Shown one piece after another: positions 7,308 to 12,350 of a stretch of DNA of 12,350 nucleotides. Position 1 is the stretch's first letter; every line of letters begins with the position of its first letter. The position numbers and the translations under genes were made by a program. The stretch is from Vulcanimicrobiota bacterium (GTDB taxonomy: Bacteria; Vulcanimicrobiota; Vulcanimicrobiia; Vulcanimicrobiales; Vulcanimicrobiaceae): contig PKZK01000167.1 in NCBI GenBank assembly GCA_003133025.1, positions 317-12,666 of the forward strand, read 5' to 3'. The notes under the pieces are model-generated. The model did no database searches, was not told the origin of the DNA, and saw only the letters and a program-made list of their open reading frames with translations.

Positions 7308-8068
7308 CTCCGGGCCCCGGGCCTCTGGTCGAGGCCGACGCGGTTTCGATCGAATACGTCGATGGCGCGGGCGCGCGCACGACGGCGGTGGATCGAGCCA
7401 GCTTTCGGGTGGAGCGCGGCGAGACGTTCGTCATCATCGGCCCCTCGGGTTGCGGCAAGACGACGCTGCTCAAGGCGATGGCCGGCTTCATGCGGCCCGC
7501 CTCGGGCACGCTGCGCATCGAAGGCGGCCCGCCGCGCGAGCCCGGACCCGATCGCGCGGTCGTCTTTCAGGATTTCGATCAACTCTTTGCCTGGCGCACG
7601 GTGCGCGACAACGTGGCCTACGCTTTGCGCACCGCCCGGAAGTTCTCGAAGAACGACGCGCTGCGCAGGGCGAGCGAGGCGCTGGCTCTGGTCGACATCG
7701 CGCGCGCGGCCGACCGCTATCCGCACGAGCTTTCGGGCGGCATGAAGCAGCGCGCGGCGATCGCGCGGGCCATCGCGCTCGAGCCGCTCATGCTGCTGAT
7801 GGACGAACCCTTCGGCGCGCTCGACGCGATCACGCGCCAGCAGTTGCAAATCGAACTGGCGCGCATCTGCGCCGACACGCCGGTGACCGTGGTGCTCGTG
7901 ACCCACTCGATTCAAGAGGCGATCTATTTGGGCGACCGGGTCATGGTGATGTCGCCCTTCCCGGCGCGCGTCCTCGAGATCGTCGACACCTCGCACGCGA
8001 GGGATGTCGAGACGCCGGAGTTCGCGCGCCTGACCGGACACTTGCGCGACCTCTTGGTGCGCGCGTGA
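7304..8068 (+). CDS. ABC transporter ATP-binding protein, SsuB/TauB-like
   Basis: Walker A GPSGCGKTT, Q-loop VVFQ, YPHELSGGMKQR, Walker B LLMDEPFGALD, VTHSIQEA. The start is uncertain: first canonical GTG is at 7388, but the frame is open and protein-like back to CTG at 7304. Confidence 0.93.
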   Translation: MTPGPGPLVEADAVSIEYVDGAGARTTAVDRASFRVERGETFVIIGPSGCGKTTLLKAMAGFMRPASGTLRIEGGPPREPGPDRAVVFQDFDQLFAWRTVRDNVAYALRTARKFSKNDALRRASEALALVDIARAADRYPHELSGGMKQRAAIARAIALEPLMLLMDEPFGALDAITRQQLQIELARICADTPVTVVLVTHSIQEAIYLGDRVMVMSPFPARVLEIVDTSHARDVETPEFARLTGHLRDLLVRA

Positions 8069-8865
8069 ACCGCGCCGCCGATCCGTGGAGCCGCTTGCCC
8101 GCGGCCGTACGCTACACGCTGTTGACGCTCGCGTTGCTCGCGGTATGGCAGGCGTACGTGAGCCTCGCGCACGTCTCGCCGCTGCTCTTCGCTTCGCCCG
8201 TCGCCGTCGCGCGCGCGCTGGGCGCCGGCATCGCAAGCGGCAAGCTCGTTACGGCAACGGTGGCCACGCTCGAAGTGCTGATCGGCGGCCTCGCCATCGG
8301 CGCGCTGCTCGGCTTTGCCCTCGCATCGTTCGCATCGTTCTCGCGCTTCGGTCAGGACGTGCTCGGCGTGTTGAGCGCGATCTTCAACCCGTTGCCTTCG
8401 ATCGCGATCTTGCCGCTCGCGATCATCTGGTTCGGCTTGCGGCCCCAGTCGATCGTCTTCGTCGTGGCGCTGGCCACCATTTGGCCCGTCGCGCTCAGCA
8501 CCGACAACGGCTTTCGCACGATCAGCACCACCACGCATTTGGCCGCGCGCAATTTGGGCTTGCGTGGCTGGAAGCTCGTGAGCGACGTGCTCTTGCCCGC
8601 GGCGCTGCCCTCGATCGTGACGGGCCTGAAGTCGGCCTGGGCGTTCGGCTGGCGCACCGTCGTGGCCGCCGAACTGATCTTCGGCGTGGCCGGTTCCGCA
8701 GGCGGGCTCGGCTGGTACATCAACAACGCCCGCTACTTCTTGCAAACCGCGGATATCTTCGCAGGCTTGGTCGTGATCTCGGTGTTGGGTATCGCAGTCG
8801 AAGCGCTCTTCGGCCTGCTCGAACGGCGCACCGTCGTGCGCTGGGGCATGAAGCGCGCGGCGTAG
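8065..8865 (+). CDS. ABC transporter permease, SsuC/TauC-like
   Basis: GTG at 8065 overlaps the ATPase stop (GTGA). Motifs PLPSIAILPLAIIWFG, AARNLG (EAA loop), LPAALPSIVTGLK, WRTVVAAEL, GGLGWYI. Confidence 0.93.
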   Translation: MNRAADPWSRLPAAVRYTLLTLALLAVWQAYVSLAHVSPLLFASPVAVARALGAGIASGKLVTATVATLEVLIGGLAIGALLGFALASFASFSRFGQDVLGVLSAIFNPLPSIAILPLAIIWFGLRPQSIVFVVALATIWPVALSTDNGFRTISTTTHLAARNLGLRGWKLVSDVLLPAALPSIVTGLKSAWAFGWRTVVAAELIFGVAGSAGGLGWYINNARYFLQTADIFAGLVVISVLGIAVEALFGLLERRTVVRWGMKRAA

Positions 8866-8879
8866 CCGCACGCTCGACG

Positions 8880-9419
8880 TTAGCGAACCTTGGCGATGAT
8901 CGAGTCGACGGAGACCGTGATCAGCGAGCCCTGCGAGATGTTCACGTTCTGCCGGCTGTTCTTGGCATAGAGCGCGCCACCGCCCGCACCGAGCACCGCA
9001 CCGAGACCGCCGCCGATCAGACCCCCGATGAGCGCTCCGCCCGCGCCCGCGGCCAATTCCTTACCGGCGTTGCTTTTGGTCACCACTTTGACGTTGGTGG
9101 CGTGGCCCGTAATCTTGTAGATGCTGCCCGCGCGCGTGTTGACCTTATCGAAGGCCAAGCCGATGCGTCCGGGCGTGCCTTGGCCCGCGGCCTGCACCTT
9201 GGAGACGTGACCGTAGACGGTTGCGCCGTTGACGTCGTGATTGCTCGAATGCACGTTCGAGAGCGTGAAGGTCTCGCCGACCTGGGCGTGGTTCGATGAG
9301 AGCGCCTTATCCATGGTGCCGGTGAGCTGCGTGCCCGCGGTCAGATCGGCGGAGGCCGCCAGCGGGGCAAGCGCCACGACGGCGGCGACGAAAACGGTGG
9401 GCAAAATGCGGATGGTCAT
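8880..9419 (-). CDS. Secreted/envelope protein with a beta-rich domain and a glycine zipper
   Basis: Signal peptide ending A-S-A; LTAGTQLTGTMDKALSS...VGETFT; glycine zipper AAGAGGALIGGLIGGGLGAVLGAGGGALY. AAGGA/GGGA lie upstream of the ATG. Confidence 0.8.
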   Translation of the reverse strand: MTIRILPTVFVAAVVALAPLAASADLTAGTQLTGTMDKALSSNHAQVGETFTLSNVHSSNHDVNGATVYGHVSKVQAAGQGTPGRIGLAFDKVNTRAGSIYKITGHATNVKVVTKSNAGKELAAGAGGALIGGLIGGGLGAVLGAGGGALYAKNSRQNVNISQGSLITVSVDSIIAKVR

Positions 9420-9564
9420 GAGGGTGTCCCGTCCTTAAGAAGGCGCCATGGTGAGATGCTCGGTGCCGCCGATTTCTTGGGCTCCCGGCGGTCGTCCTCG
9501 GCACCTCGGGCGTCCCTACGAGGCAGGTGACCGGCGGCCGCCGGCGCGAGAGACGGTCCACGAC

Positions 9565-9593
9565 TTGAACCCTGGAGCCCTCTCTGCTATGAT
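9565..9593 (+). promoter_or_regulatory. Sigma70-type promoter of rpsO
   Basis: TTGAAC (9565-9570), 17-bp spacer ending in TGC (extended -10), then TATGAT (9588-9593). Confidence 0.75.
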
Positions 9594-9598
9594 CCGTC

Positions 9599-9679
9599 GG
9601 TCGCCGGCCCGGCACGTTCCCTCGTGGAGCGCCCGCTGGAGCCGAGCGAGACCATCCTGACCAAGGAGCCCAGCGTTTC
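9599..9679 (+). ncRNA. Candidate rpsO (S15) 5' leader RNA
   Basis: Nested stems found by eye: GGTC 9599-9602/GACC 9650-9653, CGGC 9610-9613/GCCG 9641-9644, CGTTCC 9615-9620/GGAGCG 9626-9631. They lie between the promoter and the AAGGAG RBS (9663-9668). Confidence 0.45.
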
Positions 9680-9949
9680 ATGCCTTTGACCAAGGAACAC
9701 AAGCAAGAGATCGCCGCGAAGTTCGGCCGGGGACCCGGAGATACGGGTTCCGCCGACGTTCAGGTGGCGGTCCTGACGGCCTCGATCAATCACCTGACCG
9801 AGCACCTCAAGATCCACAAGAAGGATCACCACAGCCGCCGCGGCCTGCTCATGCAGGTCGGTCAGCGCCGGCGCCTGCTGAGCTACATCCAAAACAAGGA
9901 CGTAGCCCGGTATCGCAAGCTCATCGCCGACCTCGGCCTGCGCCGCTAG
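9680..9949 (+). CDS. rpsO: 30S ribosomal protein S15 (uS15)
   Basis: 89 aa; [41 protein letters not shown]...LGLRR; AAGGAG RBS. Confidence 0.99.
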   Translation: MPLTKEHKQEIAAKFGRGPGDTGSADVQVAVLTASINHLTEHLKIHKKDHHSRRGLLMQVGQRRRLLSYIQNKDVARYRKLIADLGLRR

Positions 9950-9966
9950 CGGGAGACCGCCCGGCC

Positions 9967-9996
9967 CGGCCGCGCAACCCTCGCTGCGCGCGGCCG
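9967..9996 (+). terminator. GC-rich hairpin downstream of rpsO (possible terminator or processing site; no U-tract)
   Basis: CGGCCGCGC (9967-9975) pairs with GCGCGGCCG (9988-9996) around a 12-nt loop; followed only by AGTCTT. Confidence 0.35.
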
Positions 9997-10011
9997 AGTC
10001 TTGCGAGCGCC

Positions 10012-10452
10012 ATGTTTCGGACGATGATGAAGTCCAAGATCCACCGCGCGACCGTGACGCAGGCGGATCTGCATTACGTCGGCTCGGTGACGATCGACGC
10101 CGACCTGATGGACGCCGCCGACATTCTGCCCGGCGAGCAAGTGGCCATCGTCGATATCAGCAACGGTGCGCGGCTGGAAACGTACGCGATTCCGGGGCCG
10201 CGCGAGTCGGGCGTCATCGGCATCAACGGCGCTGCGGCCCGCTTGATCCACGAGGGCGATCTGGTCATCCTGATCACCTACGCCCAATTGAGCGACGCGG
10301 AAGCGCGCGGCATGCGTCCGAAAGTGGTGCACGTCGATGCGCGCAACCGCATCGTGCGCGTCGGCTCCGACCCGGCCGAAGCGCTGGCCGATAGCGAACG
10401 TCTGACCCTGCGCGGCGACGCGGATTACGACGCCCTCCTCCGCCGAGGCTAA
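10012..10452 (+). CDS. panD: Aspartate 1-decarboxylase proenzyme
   Basis: [16 protein letters not shown] (Lys9), YVG|SVTID self-cleavage site (Gly24-Ser25), NGARLETY (Tyr58), INGAAAR, GDLVI. Confidence 0.98.
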   Translation: MFRTMMKSKIHRATVTQADLHYVGSVTIDADLMDAADILPGEQVAIVDISNGARLETYAIPGPRESGVIGINGAAARLIHEGDLVILITYAQLSDAEARGMRPKVVHVDARNRIVRVGSDPAEALADSERLTLRGDADYDALLRRG

Positions 10453-10498
10453 TCCGCCCCGGTCGCTGACGCACCACATCAAGCGCTCGCCGCGCGAG

Positions 10499-11512
10499 GT
10501 GCTCGCAGCGCTCGCCGCTCTCGACGCCGCGGCGCTGCCCAGCGACCTGTACGGTGAGGGAGAGCAACTCGCACGTTTCGAAGCGCGCATCGCCGCCGAA
10601 CTCGGCAAACCGGCGGCCGTGTTCATGCCCAGCGGCACGCTCGCACAGCAGATCGCGCTGCGCATTTGGACCGACCGTGCCGGTACCGCGACGGTCGCAA
10701 TGCATCCGACGGCGCATCCGGTGGTGCACGAGTCGCAATCGCTCGAATTCGTCCACGGGCTGCGCGTCGTACCGGTCGGGTCGCCCGTCCGGTTGATGAC
10801 GCGCGACGATGTGGCCGCGCTCGCCGAACCGATTGCCGCGCTGCTGGTCGAATTGCCGCAACGCGAACTCGGCGCGCAGCTTCCGGACTGGGACGAGCTG
10901 CTCGCGCTGCTCGCAACGGCGCGCGAACGCGGCATGCGTCTGCATCTCGACGGCGCGCGACTCTGGGAGGCGGCGCCGCATTACGCGCGCTCGCACGGGG
11001 AAATCGCCGCGCTGTTCGATTCGGTCTACGTGTCGTTTTACAAAGGACTCGATGCGATCGCCGGTGCAGCGCTGGCCGGCGACGAAACGTTTATCGGGCA
11101 GGCGCGGCTCTGGCAACATCGCCTCGGCGGCAGGCTCGTAGCGCTCTATCCGCTGGCTCTGTCGGCCGAGGCCGGCTGCGACACGTACCTGCCGCGCATG
11201 GCGCGCTATCGCGCGGTCGCGCGCGAGATCGCGGAGGCGCTCGAGCCGATCGAGGGCTTAGCGGTCGTGCCCGACCCGCCGCACACAAACACGTTTCACG
11301 TCTATATCAGCGGCGACTTCGACGAGCTGACGGAACGCGCGGCCGCTATCGAGCGCGAGCGCGGCATCCGGCCCTTCCGCCGACTCGCGCCCACCGCGCT
11401 GCTCGGCCTGTGGAAGTGGGAGTTCGTCGTCGGCGAAGCCACCCTGGCCTTCACCCCCGCCGAGATCGCCGCCATCGTGCAAGACATTGTCGAGCCCGGT
11501 TTGCATTCGTAG
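10499..11512 (+). CDS. ltaE: Low-specificity threonine aldolase family (PLP-dependent beta-eliminating lyase); true start probably further upstream
   Basis: DLYGEG, FMPSGTLAQ, H...HE, VELPQRELG, HLDGARLWE, DSVYVSFYKGL (PLP lysine), LGG. Confidence 0.88.
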   Translation: MLAALAALDAAALPSDLYGEGEQLARFEARIAAELGKPAAVFMPSGTLAQQIALRIWTDRAGTATVAMHPTAHPVVHESQSLEFVHGLRVVPVGSPVRLMTRDDVAALAEPIAALLVELPQRELGAQLPDWDELLALLATARERGMRLHLDGARLWEAAPHYARSHGEIAALFDSVYVSFYKGLDAIAGAALAGDETFIGQARLWQHRLGGRLVALYPLALSAEAGCDTYLPRMARYRAVAREIAEALEPIEGLAVVPDPPHTNTFHVYISGDFDELTERAAAIERERGIRPFRRLAPTALLGLWKWEFVVGEATLAFTPAEIAAIVQDIVEPGLHS

Positions 11513-11642
11513 GCGCCTCCCGTCGTATGAGAGCGTGACCTACGACCAGGATGGAGCGGTTGGCCGATCGACCCGCGGAGCGCTCCGCAGGAAGTGATCC
11601 AGAACCGGGAGCGCCGGAGATGTCGCCGCCGAACCTCGGCAC

Positions 11643-12350
11643 ATGGAGCGCTCGTTGGTTGTGGCCCTGCTGATCTTCGCGCTGACCGCCGGCACGCTCG
11701 GGGGCGCCGACGCCCGGCCCGGGCGCGGTGGTATGCGACCCGCGCAAATCGGCGCGCCGACCGTGAACGCGGACATCGGCATCAACGTCGGCGGCGTGGT
11801 CGATTACGCGGTCGAATCGTATTTCGTCGACGCGATGAAGCAGTCGCGCAAATGGGGGTCGCCCAATGCGCCTTGGGACGGTTCGGCCAACGTCGATGCA
11901 AACGGCTGGCCCACGCAAGACGCCGGGTTGCTCGCGCTCTGCTGTATCGCGGATCCCGTCACGAACCTCACGCTGCTCGGCGGCACGTACCAGCTGAGTT
12001 TCAGCGGCATAGCCGACGTCAACTTCATCGTCTATCAGGGCAGCGTCACGAACTATTCGTATAACGCAGGCACCAACACGTCGACCGCGCTGGTCAACGT
12101 CACCGATACCGACCCCGGCACGAGCATCGACATCAGCTTCACCAATACGCAGCGCTCGCCGTCGGCGCCGGTTGGCAGCGGCATCACCAACGTCCGGCTG
12201 ATCCGTCCGCAGACCGCGCCCAACGGCCTGGCCTGGTGGACGAATCAGAGTCAGACGTTTACCGCGCCCTATCTCACGCTACTCTCCGGCTATTCGACGC
12301 TGCGCTTCATGGATTGGGACAACACCAACGGCAACACCGTCGTGAAGTGG
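11643..12350 (+). CDS. Secreted putative carbohydrate-active protein ('LRFMDW' motif family); partial, runs off the window end
   Basis: Not in the ORF track. Manual translation of 236 open codons: MERSLVVALLIFALTAGTLGGADA (signal peptide) ...IGINVGGVVDY...FVDAMKQSRKW...VDANGWP...GTYQLSFSG...ITNVRLIRP...FTAPYLTLLSGYSTLRFMDWDNTN. In-frame stop upstream at 11595. Confidence 0.8.
   Translation, partial: MERSLVVALLIFALTAGTLGGADARPGRGGMRPAQIGAPTVNADIGINVGGVVDYAVESYFVDAMKQSRKWGSPNAPWDGSANVDANGWPTQDAGLLALCCIADPVTNLTLLGGTYQLSFSGIADVNFIVYQGSVTNYSYNAGTNTSTALVNVTDTDPGTSIDISFTNTQRSPSAPVGSGITNVRLIRPQTAPNGLAWWTNQSQTFTAPYLTLLSGYSTLRFMDWDNTNGNTVVKW

Noticed and set aside
9470..9560. c-di-AMP (ydaO) or c-di-GMP riboswitch on the minus strand
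   Set aside because: Only fragments match (GTAGGG..CCCGA; GGGACGC). The other conserved elements and their order are missing.
11620..11673. 17-codon uORF (ATG 11620) overlapping the start of the last gene
   Set aside because: GGAG abuts the ATG with no SD spacing and there is no attenuator-like structure; likely chance.
1..12350. CRISPR arrays, tRNA/rRNA genes, IS elements, integrases, tandem repeats, defence systems
   Set aside because: No regularly spaced repeats, cloverleaf patterns, transposase/integrase motifs or defence-domain signatures seen by eye.

Overview
High-GC, gene-dense bacterial chromosomal window with no mobile elements, CRISPR arrays, rRNA or tRNA genes that I can support. 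The gene style suggests Ca. Eremiobacterota or another Terrabacteria lineage, but this is an inference only. From left to right it holds: the 5' end of a PolX-type DNA polymerase (minus strand, truncated by the window edge); a divergent pair encoding an ABC-ATPase-like protein with all catalytic motifs eroded and a small multi-TM protein; a PfpI/DJ-1 protein whose nucleophile Cys is replaced by Gly, downstream of an XRE-type HTH protein with an unrecognised C-terminal domain; type 2 IPP isomerase (fni); an orphan Rieske ferredoxin; a small hypothetical protein; a probably leaderless TetR + TetA-like MFS operon with a clear palindromic operator; a NitT/TauT/Ssu-type ABC importer; a secreted glycine-zipper protein; rpsO with a promoter and structured leader; panD; a low-specificity threonine aldolase; and the 5' end of a secreted 'LRFMDW'-motif putative glycoside hydrolase. 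The most notable points are two adjacent apparent pseudo-enzymes with a regulator, two genes that appear to need non-canonical start codons, and a candidate S15 autoregulatory RNA. All family assignments come from motif recognition, not database searches.
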